Source of the DNA: a virus
IMG/VR virus record: IMGVR_UViG_3300033153_001906
Coordinates: 55,175-119,174 of that record
Direction: 5' to 3' (one strand)
Length of the DNA: 64,000 nt
Shown: positions 1 through 8,978 of the stretch, piece by piece
How the letters are laid out: every line of letters starts with the position of its first letter
How positions within the stretch are numbered: the stretch's first letter is position 1
The notes under the pieces: generated by a model
Seen by the model: only the letters and a program-made list of their open reading frames with translations
Told to the model about the DNA's origin: nothing
Databases searched by the model: none
Translations under genes and position numbers: made by a program

Positions 1-101
1 TATGTATCCTCTGAATACATATCAAGAGATTCATTGTCGTATTTCGCAAGAACCTCATTGAGTCTGCCAAGTGCAGCGCGTGTATCGAATTCTTCACTCA
101 T
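1..101 (-). CDS. hypothetical protein, partial (runs off window)
   Basis: ATG at 101 overlaps upstream stop (TAATG); MSEEFDTRAALGRLNEVLAKY open to window edge. Confidence 0.6.
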   Translation of the reverse strand, partial: MSEEFDTRAALGRLNEVLAKYDNESLDMYSEDT

Positions 102-295
102 TATCCGCTGCTCTTGTTTGCATCGCCCAGCGTCTTGTCTGCAAGGTTCTTGTTCACGTAGTCACGATATGCCACAAAGAAGTATACCCAAATTGCAACT
201 TCTGTATAACTGTAGAGGCCCCAACCAATAACTCCAAAGTAGCCAAGTGCCATCAACCAATCAAACGCAGTCATTGGATTAGAATAAAATCTCAT
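101..295 (-). CDS. small membrane protein
   Basis: 64 aa, two hydrophobic segments, overlaps both neighbours. Confidence 0.6.
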   Translation of the reverse strand: MRFYSNPMTAFDWLMALGYFGVIGWGLYSYTEVAIWVYFFVAYRDYVNKNLADKTLGDANKSSG

Positions 296-801
296 TCGCT
301 TCCCTCCACTACGGCGGCCAGTGGATGATCTGGCAGGAGCCAGAGGGTTCCATTGATTCCATTCGGGTTGTCTGAATCTTCACCAACTGAAAACTCTTGA
401 TCGAAAATGGTCATGAGGGTGTGTTCATCGCCACCAGCTAAGCCTGCGCCAATGAACGGGAAATGAACTTCTCTGCTTTCGATCATACCAGATGATGCCA
501 AGTGTTTAGCACCACGACAGGCCTGCTCAACTGCATTGTAATCAACTTGAACAACGTCAGTTCCAAAAAATTCTTGTGTGATTGCATTTACGACTACGAT
601 ATTGCGCTCGACAATGACGGGGATCACTTCGCCAAGAATATAATTCGGCGCTTGGTCATGGTACTGTTCATAAGCAATCGGATATTTATCACGAATGATC
701 TTCGCAACACCTGATCCCATTACGCCTTGAGCATTGCATCCATGCATGATGTAACCATCTGTGACTTCTGCAAACAAATCGCCAACTTTGACGTTATACA
801 T
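292..801 (-). CDS. macro domain (ADP-ribose processing) protein
   Basis: GDLF, HGCNAQGVMGSGVA, FPFIGAGLAGG macrodomain motifs. Confidence 0.9.
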   Translation of the reverse strand: MYNVKVGDLFAEVTDGYIMHGCNAQGVMGSGVAKIIRDKYPIAYEQYHDQAPNYILGEVIPVIVERNIVVVNAITQEFFGTDVVQVDYNAVEQACRGAKHLASSGMIESREVHFPFIGAGLAGGDEHTLMTIFDQEFSVGEDSDNPNGINGTLWLLPDHPLAAVVEGSE

Positions 802-1157
802 TATAATTTCTCCAATGCAATTTCGTTCAACTGCTTGGCATACTTCGCCAAACGCGGGTAACCATTTTTGGCTGGCTTAGTCCACTTGGCAATCTGCCAA
901 TCAAGCAAGCGATTGTCACGCGCAAACGTCTTTGCAGTAAGAGTTCCACTTCGCGCATCTGCGCCACTGAAACCCACGCCATTATTTTCGCGTGTGTCAT
1001 TTGCACGTACTTCATCGTCTGTCTGACGTTGCAGCAATGCGACTAGCGCACGACCAACAACAACTTCGACGTAACGAGCATTAGGATTACGCAACATCGT
1101 GCGAATCGTATCTCGCGTAACGAGTTTGCGTTGTCTCTTTGAATTGATAACTGTCAT
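801..1157 (-). CDS. hypothetical phage protein
   Basis: 118 aa ORF coupled to neighbours by TAATG. Confidence 0.75.
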   Translation of the reverse strand: MTVINSKRQRKLVTRDTIRTMLRNPNARYVEVVVGRALVALLQRQTDDEVRANDTRENNGVGFSGADARSGTLTAKTFARDNRLLDWQIAKWTKPAKNGYPRLAKYAKQLNEIALEKL

Positions 1158-1510
1158 TAGATTACTCCACTTTCAGAGAATGAATAAACGCCACCCTTGC
1201 CACCAAGAATCAAATGATCGTGAATCTTGACGTTAACTTTCTTGAGTCGATCTTGAAGGCCGAACGTCAATTCCAAATCGTCTTTGCTCGGACGAACAGG
1301 GCCATCAGGATGATTATGCACAAGCGTAATCATTGACGTTTTGTTGTCAACAATGCCTTGTGCAATATCACGAAATTGAAAACCAACGCGAGTAGCAGTA
1401 CCTTCGCCAATAATGCGAAAGTCTCTAACGCCAGTAGTGGAATGAAAGATAACGCCCATCAGTTCGACGGGCGAGTTCTTAATCTTGTCCAGAAATTCTT
1501 TGAGGGTCAT
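1157..1510 (-). CDS. RadC-like JAB/MPN domain protein
   Basis: JAMM motif HNHPDG-x3-PSKDD and DHLILG. Confidence 0.9.
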   Translation of the reverse strand: MTLKEFLDKIKNSPVELMGVIFHSTTGVRDFRIIGEGTATRVGFQFRDIAQGIVDNKTSMITLVHNHPDGPVRPSKDDLELTFGLQDRLKKVNVKIHDHLILGGKGGVYSFSESGVI

Positions 1511-1541
1511 GTATGAGTCACTTTTCTCAGTCTATAGTAAT

Positions 1542-1570
1542 ATTATACGGTAGAATGAGGAGAAAGTCAA
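1542..1570 (-). promoter_or_regulatory. sigma70-type promoter
   Basis: TTGACT-N17-TATAAT on minus strand. Confidence 0.85.
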
Positions 1571-1588
1571 ATCTAAATCTCTTTACAT

Positions 1589-1652
1589 ATCAATGACTTA
1601 CAAGTTTTTTCCTTGTTTTATGGGAATCAATAACTTATAAGTCTTTGATTTT
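1589..1652. repeat. ATCAAT(G/A)ACTTA / TAAGTC(A/T)TTGATT palindromic cassette, copy 1
   Basis: half-sites at 1589, 1625 and 1638; related copies at 8908-8964 and 33466-33521. Confidence 0.75.
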
Positions 1653-1661
1653 ATTTAGGTT

Positions 1662-2138
1662 TTACCACCCTTCGTCGCTGAATGTACGCCTATGCCCAAT
1701 TGTCGCGCTACCATCGTCGGAGAATGCGTCCCCGTCAGCGACACGAACATAAAATACTGTATTTGAATCCCACACCTTTCTGGTTTCTGTTTCGGGAAAC
1801 TTCAACTTTAGTTTGAATATATCTTTTTGACTACGTGTGCCAATAATCCATTTTGGACTGCTACGCTCCATGCATGTGCCATATGCAAATGTTGCGGACA
1901 TGCTTGCGCACAAGTACATACGCAATGCATTATCTGGTTCCATTGGGACTTCTACATTATTGATGATTCTTGGTTTATGACCAGGTATACACAACTTAAC
2001 GAATTCTATTTCTTCCACAGATTGTTTCTGTGGTTGCCGAAAATCCCAACTATGCATCGGCTTGTCAAGCAATAAGAAACTAAAGCCATCGCCCCCGCTT
2101 ATGTGTACATCAGAATGTAATGCAGTCCAGTCAGTCAT
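1662..2138 (-). CDS. hypothetical protein (FxxKL motif)
   Basis: 158 aa; IFKLKLKF. Confidence 0.7.
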   Translation of the reverse strand: MTDWTALHSDVHISGGDGFSFLLLDKPMHSWDFRQPQKQSVEEIEFVKLCIPGHKPRIINNVEVPMEPDNALRMYLCASMSATFAYGTCMERSSPKWIIGTRSQKDIFKLKLKFPETETRKVWDSNTVFYVRVADGDAFSDDGSATIGHRRTFSDEGW

Positions 2139-2752
2139 ACTTTTAGTTTCACTTTAAATAGATGCTTTTCAATATTCGCATCGGGTTCGTTTACTGTAAT
2201 CATCACTTCGACACCATTTGGATACTTCTTTCTGTAGAAGCTGGGTGCATTACCCAAGGTCACTGTCCTGCCGTCGTCATATGATTCGTAGTTTTTTAAT
2301 ACTTTCTGTAAATTCTTTACACCCTCACCCTTGATTTTCCAATTACCATATCCAAATTTTGTGTTAAACACAGAAGTAAGTGTACGAAATTGAGTAAAGC
2401 CAGTTAGAGTAAACTTACATGATGATGTTTCACCATCATATTTTGGCACAGTCGGTAGCTTCGGCACCAGGATTATGTCGATCTCATTTAACTTGTCGTA
2501 TATGTCGATTTTAGCTTTATCCAATATGTGTTTGTTGCCACGCACCACACCAATATATTGTTTATCTCCCGACCTACTCTTGGGAATATTTGTGTTAAAT
2601 TTACCATTTGATTCTATGTGTTTGGATGTTAAACTCATCGCGTCACTGGAATCCCAACGGCGAAGAACCCGCGTATCAACATTAATTTCTCTAACCAAGT
2701 CGCTAACTCGTTTATATTCGTTTTGGGTTCTGTAATGAAATGAAATCTTCAT
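2135..2752 (-). CDS. hypothetical protein (C-terminal FxxKL motif)
   Basis: start moved to ATGA overlap at 2752 (MKISF); ends LFKVKLKV. Confidence 0.7.
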   Translation of the reverse strand: MKISFHYRTQNEYKRVSDLVREINVDTRVLRRWDSSDAMSLTSKHIESNGKFNTNIPKSRSGDKQYIGVVRGNKHILDKAKIDIYDKLNEIDIILVPKLPTVPKYDGETSSCKFTLTGFTQFRTLTSVFNTKFGYGNWKIKGEGVKNLQKVLKNYESYDDGRTVTLGNAPSFYRKKYPNGVEVMITVNEPDANIEKHLFKVKLKV

Positions 2753-3126
2753 AGTAGCTTTCCGCAACACATGCATTCACGAGGATCATCGCGGTTTGGA
2801 TTTTTATCGCCATAATGGTACAAATAAACATGCTTTGAAACTGGTGATTCCTCACATGGCTTATCATTGTGTGAAATATAATCTTCTACTTCTAGTGTAG
2901 TCCAACAATGCATCTTGTCTGATAGTTTGGGTTTAAGTATTTTAATTAACAATTCGTTGGTTTGGTCTAGTCCTTCCCGATATTGTTTATAGTGTTCCCT
3001 GTATGTGTCATACATTTCTTGCGGGTCTTCACCATATTTTAGCCGCGCCTTGAACGCCACAAGTTGGGCCTTGCTTGCTTTTGGCTCTTTATCAGTCCAG
3101 CGTTTAAATAAACCCATTTGTATCAT
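2749..3126 (-). CDS. hypothetical protein (FxxRL motif, C-terminal Cys cluster)
   Basis: AFKARLKYG; ends CMCCGK. Confidence 0.7.
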   Translation of the reverse strand: MIQMGLFKRWTDKEPKASKAQLVAFKARLKYGEDPQEMYDTYREHYKQYREGLDQTNELLIKILKPKLSDKMHCWTTLEVEDYISHNDKPCEESPVSKHVYLYHYGDKNPNRDDPRECMCCGKLL

Positions 3127-3676
3127 TGTCCTTTATCTTGTCTACGAATACTTGTTTCTTGCGCCTTTTGAATGCGATTGTTCTGATGGTGAAGAATGGT
3201 AGTCCCAAAAATAATACAGCAGGCCATAGTATAGACCCAACTGCTCCAATAAACCAAACTGCGGCCAGTACAATTAGCACAGGCCACCATGCCAAGAAAG
3301 TCAAATCTGTATCTTGTTTTCCAGCCTCTTTTACCTGCCCGATCTTCAAAGCTACATCAAGTCTGTTTTTAAATAGTTTTGTGTCTTTCTCAACTGTCCA
3401 GAATGCAAACTGTCCGTGTGTGACGTATAGATGATAGTTAAATTTTAGTGAAGCTTGAATTCCGCCCACAGTGAGAATCAATGCCACTATTCCACACGCA
3501 GCAAGACAGCCTATCGCTCCCCATGCCCAAATCTGAAACAAGATTCCTTCTGCTACTGGTTCAGGCACTGGCGGGCCAGAGTATTGTACACCATCAACTT
3601 CATACCCGAATGCCAATACTGGAATCCATAGCATGACTATGATTAAGAAAACCCATTGCGCATTGATGCGTTTCAT
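3104..3676 (-). CDS. membrane protein, paralog of 32284-32682
   Basis: signal-like N-terminus, TM segments, tail KKQVFVDKIK. Confidence 0.7.
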   Translation of the reverse strand: MKRINAQWVFLIIVMLWIPVLAFGYEVDGVQYSGPPVPEPVAEGILFQIWAWGAIGCLAACGIVALILTVGGIQASLKFNYHLYVTHGQFAFWTVEKDTKLFKNRLDVALKIGQVKEAGKQDTDLTFLAWWPVLIVLAAVWFIGAVGSILWPAVLFLGLPFFTIRTIAFKRRKKQVFVDKIKDNDTNGFI

Positions 3677-4093
3677 TTAGTATCCATATTTTAATTTGAG
3701 TTTGAATGCGCTTTTATCGTCCACGCGATAGACTGTTGGGCTATCTACGCTGGCTGCGATGCCAAATCCTTTCAATGCTACACAGACTTTTCCAGTGCTG
3801 CATTCGTGAGATTGGCTCCATGAAATTAATTCAGCATTGCCATCGTAAATCAGGAAGCAGAATTGTCCAAACGGCACTGGCAGTCCATCAATGACAAGCA
3901 AATCATCGCGCACACTATAGAATCCTTCATCGTCCAGTTGTGAACGATCTACAATAAATGTGTTGGATTTGTGGTCTGCGTATAACAGAGGACATTGTTC
4001 ATCAATATGAATTGACAAGGTGCGATCATCGTCCATAACGTCGATTGTCGTATAAGCAGACGTATTAAGACATAAATTAGGAAAAGAGGCCAT
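3677..4093 (-). CDS. hypothetical protein (C-terminal FxxKL motif)
   Basis: ends SAFKLKLKYGY; follows promoter at 4120-4148. Confidence 0.7.
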   Translation of the reverse strand: MASFPNLCLNTSAYTTIDVMDDDRTLSIHIDEQCPLLYADHKSNTFIVDRSQLDDEGFYSVRDDLLVIDGLPVPFGQFCFLIYDGNAELISWSQSHECSTGKVCVALKGFGIAASVDSPTVYRVDDKSAFKLKLKYGY

Positions 4094-4119
4094 GATTACT
4101 CTAGTGTTAATGAGTTATC

Positions 4120-4148
4120 ATTATACTACATGGTCAGGCGCGTGTCAA
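4120..4148 (-). promoter_or_regulatory. sigma70-type promoter
   Basis: perfect TTGACA-N17-TATAAT; the -35 contains the TGA stop of the upstream gene. Confidence 0.85.
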
Positions 4149-5569
4149 GTCCTTACTTGCTTGTCCTCGACACGTAAACCATTGATTTCTAGATATGGCG
4201 CAACATATTTGAAGAAATAAAACTCAGGGATGTAATAATATCCTTCAGAACAGGAAATCATCAGTTCGCGCACACCACTTAATCCCTGTCTTAGTCGTTG
4301 GTCTACCACCATAGATTCCGCTATTTCGCGGAATGCATCTACGCCAGAAATGGTGTCGTCCTTGTACCTGAACTTTTCACCATCAACATAGCCGCCCTCA
4401 TCTGCTTTTTTGAAATGTTCCTGATAAGCGTCTAATATTTTATATGCATTTTTTAGTGGTTCTTGTTCGCCAAGGAGTTGTGCAATCCCATCCCAATCAA
4501 TGGTGTTTCGTGCTGAAACTGAATCATACGTATTGTACCAATCATCAATGAGTTCATGCCAAGTGTAATTGAAGTCGCCCATTGGAAAGAGAACATATAC
4601 TTCGCCATATATACTTGCAGTACGTGCGCTACCTGATACAAAAATAGAATTATTTCTATTAGCAGTTCCACCTTTTGAGTTAATGGCAAGATTGAACACT
4701 GTGGTTATTGCTTTACTAGAATCTTTAGGTGATCGGTTGTCGCGGTAGGCTCGGTGAAATGGATAGTTTTCAGCCCGTTCATATCCACGATATGCCAGCT
4801 TTAATGGTTGACCAGATTCGCCAATAAAATCTTTCGCATCACGCAGAATCTTCATTGCAACACGCTTATAGTATTCAGCATCGTCGCCACCATGTAAACC
4901 GTCAACAACTTCTTTCCAACTATCTACATCGCCTGGTAAACTATCTTGAGTATTGACTTCTTCTTCTACGGGCCATGATGTAGGCCGAGCATTGGGCGCA
5001 TTCAAAAATTTGGTGACTACTTTTTGCGCATCTACAAAGTCATTTCCATCTTCACTGTTATCAACGATGAGCATGTTATGAAAGATTGACTGTAATGATC
5101 CAAGTTTGCCTTTTAGTTCCGCATGAACGTTACGTACCCAATTACTATCTGCTTTGCGCCGACGTTCTTCGTTACGATCAAGTGCTTTGTTCAGTTCTGT
5201 GTTTACGAACACGGCCATTGTATCATAGCCCATTTTCTCTAGATCATTTTTGATTTCGGTTAGTCGTTCAATCTTACGTCCAGTGCCATCAATAATCAAT
5301 CCTATCCTGCCGCCCAGCAGTAAATCTAGTTTCTTCTGTGTGAGATTACCACTGTACTTGTACAGGTCATCATCGAAACCTTGTCCTTGGATACCTTGTC
5401 TGTCGCGTAGTAACTCATAGAATTCGTCCACATTCACTGTGCGCAAACCAGTGCCACCCGCAAGTTTTTTGGCTACATGGGTTTTGCCACTACCTGGCCC
5501 GCCAAGCATAAAGATAGCTTTGTGAGTGTGCGGATCGTTGCGGCCTTCGACTAGTTCGTACAGTTTCAT
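4145..5569 (-). CDS. P-loop kinase (zeta toxin/AAA_33-like) fused to a possible ADP-ribosyltransferase-like domain
   Basis: GGPGSGKT, VNVDEF, LIIDGTG; second half has AYRG...SIFVSGS...RELMI. Confidence 0.75.
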   Translation of the reverse strand: MKLYELVEGRNDPHTHKAIFMLGGPGSGKTHVAKKLAGGTGLRTVNVDEFYELLRDRQGIQGQGFDDDLYKYSGNLTQKKLDLLLGGRIGLIIDGTGRKIERLTEIKNDLEKMGYDTMAVFVNTELNKALDRNEERRRKADSNWVRNVHAELKGKLGSLQSIFHNMLIVDNSEDGNDFVDAQKVVTKFLNAPNARPTSWPVEEEVNTQDSLPGDVDSWKEVVDGLHGGDDAEYYKRVAMKILRDAKDFIGESGQPLKLAYRGYERAENYPFHRAYRDNRSPKDSSKAITTVFNLAINSKGGTANRNNSIFVSGSARTASIYGEVYVLFPMGDFNYTWHELIDDWYNTYDSVSARNTIDWDGIAQLLGEQEPLKNAYKILDAYQEHFKKADEGGYVDGEKFRYKDDTISGVDAFREIAESMVVDQRLRQGLSGVRELMISCSEGYYYIPEFYFFKYVAPYLEINGLRVEDKQVRT

Positions 5570-5574
5570 AAACG

Positions 5575-5582
5575 TATTTATC
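5575..5582 (-). promoter_or_regulatory. late-type promoter GATAAATA
   Basis: GATAAATA-N5-ATG. Confidence 0.8.
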
Positions 5583-5592
5583 TTGAAAACAC

Positions 5593-5619
5593 AAAAAAGC
5601 CCCGCGCATTGGCGGGGCT
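5593..5619 (-). terminator. intrinsic terminator
   Basis: GCCCCGC/GCGGGGC stem followed by T6 on minus strand. Confidence 0.85.
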
Positions 5620-5643
5620 AGTTTATTGTGCTACTATTTCTAG

Positions 5644-6171
5644 TTATTGTGCGAAACGTGCGCGCTTCAAACGCTCCATCAGTTCACGTTCCCACTTGTT
5701 GTACGTGAGGGTCAGCGGAGCAGTCTTGTTGTCGAACGTAATGCGAGTCTCCTCCAATAGATGATCGTAGACAACAACGTACTCATCATTCCACTTAGCT
5801 TCCCTCAGTGCTTGCACACCGTTGAAGATGCGCTCTGGCAGTATAGCTGCAACAGAAGTCAAGTTTCCGCCTTGCGACTCTTCCTCAGTGAAACCAACGA
5901 ACGGAAAGTCGTTCTGGTGGCTCAGTACTAGGCCATCTTCAAAGAATTGCAGCCAGCCAGTTACGTCTGCGAAAGCACCACCATTCAGACAAATGATCGT
6001 CTTGTGGTTCTGAACCCAATCAGACACTTGTTCTGCGTATCCGTTCTGCCAGCCCGTTACGAGCAGGTACTTGCTGACAAGTTCCATAGAAGCATGACCA
6101 GACTGAATTCCCTGCTGTATTGAAGACAGCATAAAGTCTGTAAATGTGTAACAACGTAGTTCTTCGTTCAT
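5644..6171 (-). CDS. peptidyl-tRNA hydrolase PTH2-like phage protein
   Basis: IQQGIQSGHA...W...KTIICLNG...LTSVA pattern. Confidence 0.55.
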   Translation of the reverse strand: MNEELRCYTFTDFMLSSIQQGIQSGHASMELVSKYLLVTGWQNGYAEQVSDWVQNHKTIICLNGGAFADVTGWLQFFEDGLVLSHQNDFPFVGFTEEESQGGNLTSVAAILPERIFNGVQALREAKWNDEYVVVYDHLLEETRITFDNKTAPLTLTYNKWERELMERLKRARFAQ

Positions 6172-6356
6172 GTTTTTTCCTCTGGTCGTTCTTGGTCAGC
6201 GCACACATCTAAATCTACAATATGTGCATAATATTTTTCCATACAAGTATTGATATACTGTATGATTTCCATTTGTTGCTCAATGCCTGGACGCTTAATA
6301 CCCTGCATCTTGCTACTTTGAAAGCGCAGCTTAACTCTTAATGAATCGAGTTTCAC
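6168..6356 (-). CDS. hypothetical protein
   Basis: 62 aa, 4-nt overlaps on both sides. Confidence 0.55.
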   Translation of the reverse strand: MKLDSLRVKLRFQSSKMQGIKRPGIEQQMEIIQYINTCMEKYYAHIVDLDVCADQERPEEKT

Positions 6357-6610
6357 CGTACTTTACTCCAAGCATCTTTGCTAAATGTACCAGTTTGACG
6401 AGGATCAAAGTCTTCCTCATCATTTTCAAGTGCGAGGGTGCGCAGCGTGTGCGTACCAATTTCAAGTTCACGTACTGCGAACTGTGCTACCCGCAGTTCT
6501 TTTTCAAGAGTGCGAATGCGCTCGTCTTTGATGTTAATGTCAACTTTTGCATCAATCAACTTGCGCTGCAATACGTCAATCTGATTGTTTAGTATTTCAG
6601 TTTTAGTCAT
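6353..6610 (-). CDS. coiled-coil hypothetical protein
   Basis: heptad pattern, ATGA overlap. Confidence 0.65.
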   Translation of the reverse strand: MTKTEILNNQIDVLQRKLIDAKVDINIKDERIRTLEKELRVAQFAVRELEIGTHTLRTLALENDEEDFDPRQTGTFSKDAWSKVR

Positions 6611-6894
6611 AATATTACCTCTTTGGCTAAAGTCCCATTTAGCCGCCTCTTAAATAACTCGTTATCAGTTATGTCTTCGCCCCACACATCGTAGTGTCTC
6701 AATGGGCAAGTCTTTCCCTGCTTCCAAAATGCTAGTGGTAGTTGCTCTAGCGCATCATCTGAGTAGCCATTATGCTCTCCCCAAATCATGTACAATTCTT
6801 TCGCTTTACCCTTCTCCACTTCGCACGTTAAATTAAAAATCACTTCTTGAATGTCTGGTCGCATACCCCTTGCTCTGCCAATAAAATATTTCAT
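6607..6894 (-). CDS. tandem paralog family member
   Basis: MKYF start; GEDITDNELFKRRLNG. Confidence 0.7.
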   Translation of the reverse strand: MKYFIGRARGMRPDIQEVIFNLTCEVEKGKAKELYMIWGEHNGYSDDALEQLPLAFWKQGKTCPLRHYDVWGEDITDNELFKRRLNGTLAKEVIL

Positions 6895-7178
6895 AGATTA
6901 TTCCAAGATCGTATCATCTGTCTTGGATCACCACTAAGATCAACGTATCCATCTTCTGCTTTTCCTTGCAGAATCAGCTTGAACCAAACAGACTCAGTAA
7001 TTTCTTTGCCATGCATTACAAAACTTGGCTCGCCTGGCATGGACACAGTGTTTCCAGTGTCGAACAGTTCTTGTCCGCGATCATTACCACACCACATTTG
7101 ATAGAAGTCTAACGCATAATTTTCCTTAATGCGCTTTGGCTTGCTCTGTCTGTGTTCCATAAAGTAAATCATTTCCAA
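6891..7178 (-). CDS. tandem paralog family member
   Basis: MIYF; GKEITESVWFKLILQG. Confidence 0.7.
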   Translation of the reverse strand: MEMIYFMEHRQSKPKRIKENYALDFYQMWCGNDRGQELFDTGNTVSMPGEPSFVMHGKEITESVWFKLILQGKAEDGYVDLSGDPRQMIRSWNNL

Positions 7179-7450
7179 ACCTTTTGCTCAATGTTTCCTT
7201 CCAATCTCTGTTTAAACAATTCGCTATCGTTCCACTCTCTGCCTTCAATGAGAAGTCCCATGTGATGAACGTTGGTAAATTGACCACGTTCAAATAATCT
7301 TATCACACGCTCCTCAGATTCTTCATTCTCTTTACCACTCAATTCGTACAAATATTTTGCTCTCTCATACGAAACTTCAAACCATTTGTTTTTCCCAAAT
7401 CGAAATCCATCAATTCGTACTGCTCTAACTTGTCTCGCAAAATATCTCAT
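7169..7450 (-). CDS. tandem paralog family member
   Basis: start moved to MRYF at 7450; GREWNDSELFKQRLEG. Confidence 0.7.
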   Translation of the reverse strand: MRYFARQVRAVRIDGFRFGKNKWFEVSYERAKYLYELSGKENEESEERVIRLFERGQFTNVHHMGLLIEGREWNDSELFKQRLEGNIEQKVWK

Positions 7451-7575
7451 ACTACGATTGGGGCCTTTCCTTGAAATACACGGATCCAATTCCAGATTCT
7501 AAGATCGCTGCCAGAATTCAAAATCTCATCGGGGCAACCATTTTCTTTTGCGTATGTTTTAAAGTAAACTATCAT
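7447..7575 (-). CDS. small hypothetical protein (42 aa, not in ORF track)
   Basis: MIVYFKTYAKENG...WNWIRVFQGKAPIVV; ATGA overlaps at both ends. Confidence 0.6.
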   Translation of the reverse strand: MIVYFKTYAKENGCPDEILNSGSDLRIWNWIRVFQGKAPIVV

Positions 7576-7844
7576 TCGCTAGGGTTCCATATCCAAAGTC
7601 TGTGTTTCTTACTAGCTTTAAATTCTGCTGTCCATCCTGCTGGAACTGGCCCTTCTCGGCCTGCTCTACGTGCTGCACTTGCAGACGGGAAAATTCCCAT
7701 TTCGCGCATCAGCGCACCCATTTCATCTGATTCAGCGAAAAAGACTTGCTCTACGTTTCCATCAAGATCGCCAAACAGCGTAGCAACATCTTCTTTGCTC
7801 CACGCTGAATTCTTGATAATTACGTTTTCAACTGTCATTTCCAA
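7572..7844 (-). CDS. S4-like RNA-binding domain protein
   Basis: LMREMGIFPSASAARRAGREG resembles the S4 / TyrRS C-terminal motif. Confidence 0.55.
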   Translation of the reverse strand: MEMTVENVIIKNSAWSKEDVATLFGDLDGNVEQVFFAESDEMGALMREMGIFPSASAARRAGREGPVPAGWTAEFKASKKHRLWIWNPSE

Positions 7845-8401
7845 AAGTATCCTCTAAAGCTTAATTTGAATTCATTCGTTCTTGATCCATGTGAACACTC
7901 GATAACTCGACACTCACGACCAAAAGAACCATACGTTAAATCAAATTCAAATCTCTTAATTTCTACTGTAACACCAGCACCAAAATAATCTGACGTTGGC
8001 TCGTTCTCGTCGTTGAATGGTCGGCCTCTCGTAATATCGCTAACGTGAGTCCAAACAAGCAACGGCCTAATTGTCTCTGTGGTGAATGGGTAAATACGTA
8101 TTGCTGCTACTGTTCCACTCTGCCATTCATCCATTTTCCATTCTGGTTCTGCTGATACGCGCCACTGTGTCTTTTGTACGCCATGTGACAAATCAAATTC
8201 TACGTGTTTCCATTCAACTGTCAAACCAACTTGTACTGTTTGTAACGCATCACCAGTTTGATCTGCGCCAACATACGCACCAAATTCTGCTGCATCTGCA
8301 GGCTTCATTATCAGGAAAAGGATTACAACAAATGCGCACCCCATCGCGTATCCTACTGCTAGTCCTGATCCAAAAATTCTTTGTTCGCGTTTAGTCGTCA
8401 T
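7835..8401 (-). CDS. putative outer-membrane beta-barrel protein
   Basis: signal peptide (ADA-A), amphipathic strands, aromatic C-terminus FRGYFWK. Confidence 0.6.
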   Translation of the reverse strand: MTTKREQRIFGSGLAVGYAMGCAFVVILFLIMKPADAAEFGAYVGADQTGDALQTVQVGLTVEWKHVEFDLSHGVQKTQWRVSAEPEWKMDEWQSGTVAAIRIYPFTTETIRPLLVWTHVSDITRGRPFNDENEPTSDYFGAGVTVEIKRFEFDLTYGSFGRECRVIECSHGSRTNEFKLSFRGYFWK

Positions 8402-8573
8402 TGCTGTAGATGCCAGCTTGCAATGAAGCTACGACTTCCTCAAGCGAATTGAATCTCTGCTTGCGCTCAAAAAGAAGTGTTGCAGTTTCATCTAACTGCG
8501 TATCAAGATCACCATTCCCTGATCCATCTTCGAATGTAAGAATTTTCAAAATTGTAGAATCTTCGTTGCTCAT
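8391..8573 (-). CDS. hypothetical protein
   Basis: 60 aa acidic ORF with SD. Confidence 0.6.
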   Translation of the reverse strand: MSNEDSTILKILTFEDGSGNGDLDTQLDETATLLFERKQRFNSLEEVVASLQAGIYSNDD

Positions 8574-8574
8574 T

Positions 8575-8787
8575 TCAAGCTCCTTTCAATGTTGGGTATT
8601 TGCCAGTCGGCTCGATTTTCAACTCACGACATTTGATGATTGCATTCTCAACTTCCAAAATATCCACGTTTGGATTTTTGAGTGCGTATTCATACGCGAG
8701 GGTTGAAATAAGATTCAACGATTCGTCTGTCGTGACGGCATCAGTAGCGCGCCTGCGATTTCCTGTATCTTCGATGTTTTCAGCCAT
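8575..8787 (-). CDS. hypothetical protein
   Basis: 70 aa, first gene after promoter 8863-8890. Confidence 0.6.
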   Translation of the reverse strand: MAENIEDTGNRRRATDAVTTDESLNLISTLAYEYALKNPNVDILEVENAIIKCRELKIEPTGKYPTLKGA

Positions 8788-8862
8788 TTTTGGGTCCTTT
8801 TGCTGCTCAGTGAGGGCGTAGTACTGGTGGCCCTATATAGCGTAAATTTGTAGTATAGTGAT

Positions 8863-8890
8863 ATTATACAGGAATATTCAGGAAAGTCAA
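8863..8890 (-). promoter_or_regulatory. sigma70-type promoter
   Basis: TTGACT-N16-TATAAT with upstream ATTTAG. Confidence 0.75.
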
Positions 8891-8907
8891 GCACTAAATA
8901 CCTAAGG

Positions 8908-8964
8908 AAATCAACAGGTTGCGAGCTTTTTGATTCCTGTTCTTTTCGTAAGTCATTGATTTTT
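8908..8964. repeat. palindromic cassette, copy 2
   Basis: AAATCAACAGGTTGCGA...TCGTAAGTCATTGATTTT. Confidence 0.65.
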
Positions 8965-8978
8965 GAAAATAACGCCTT

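Noticed and set aside
683-690. GATAAATA inside the macro gene
   Set aside because: Intragenic and far from a start codon; likely chance in AT-rich DNA
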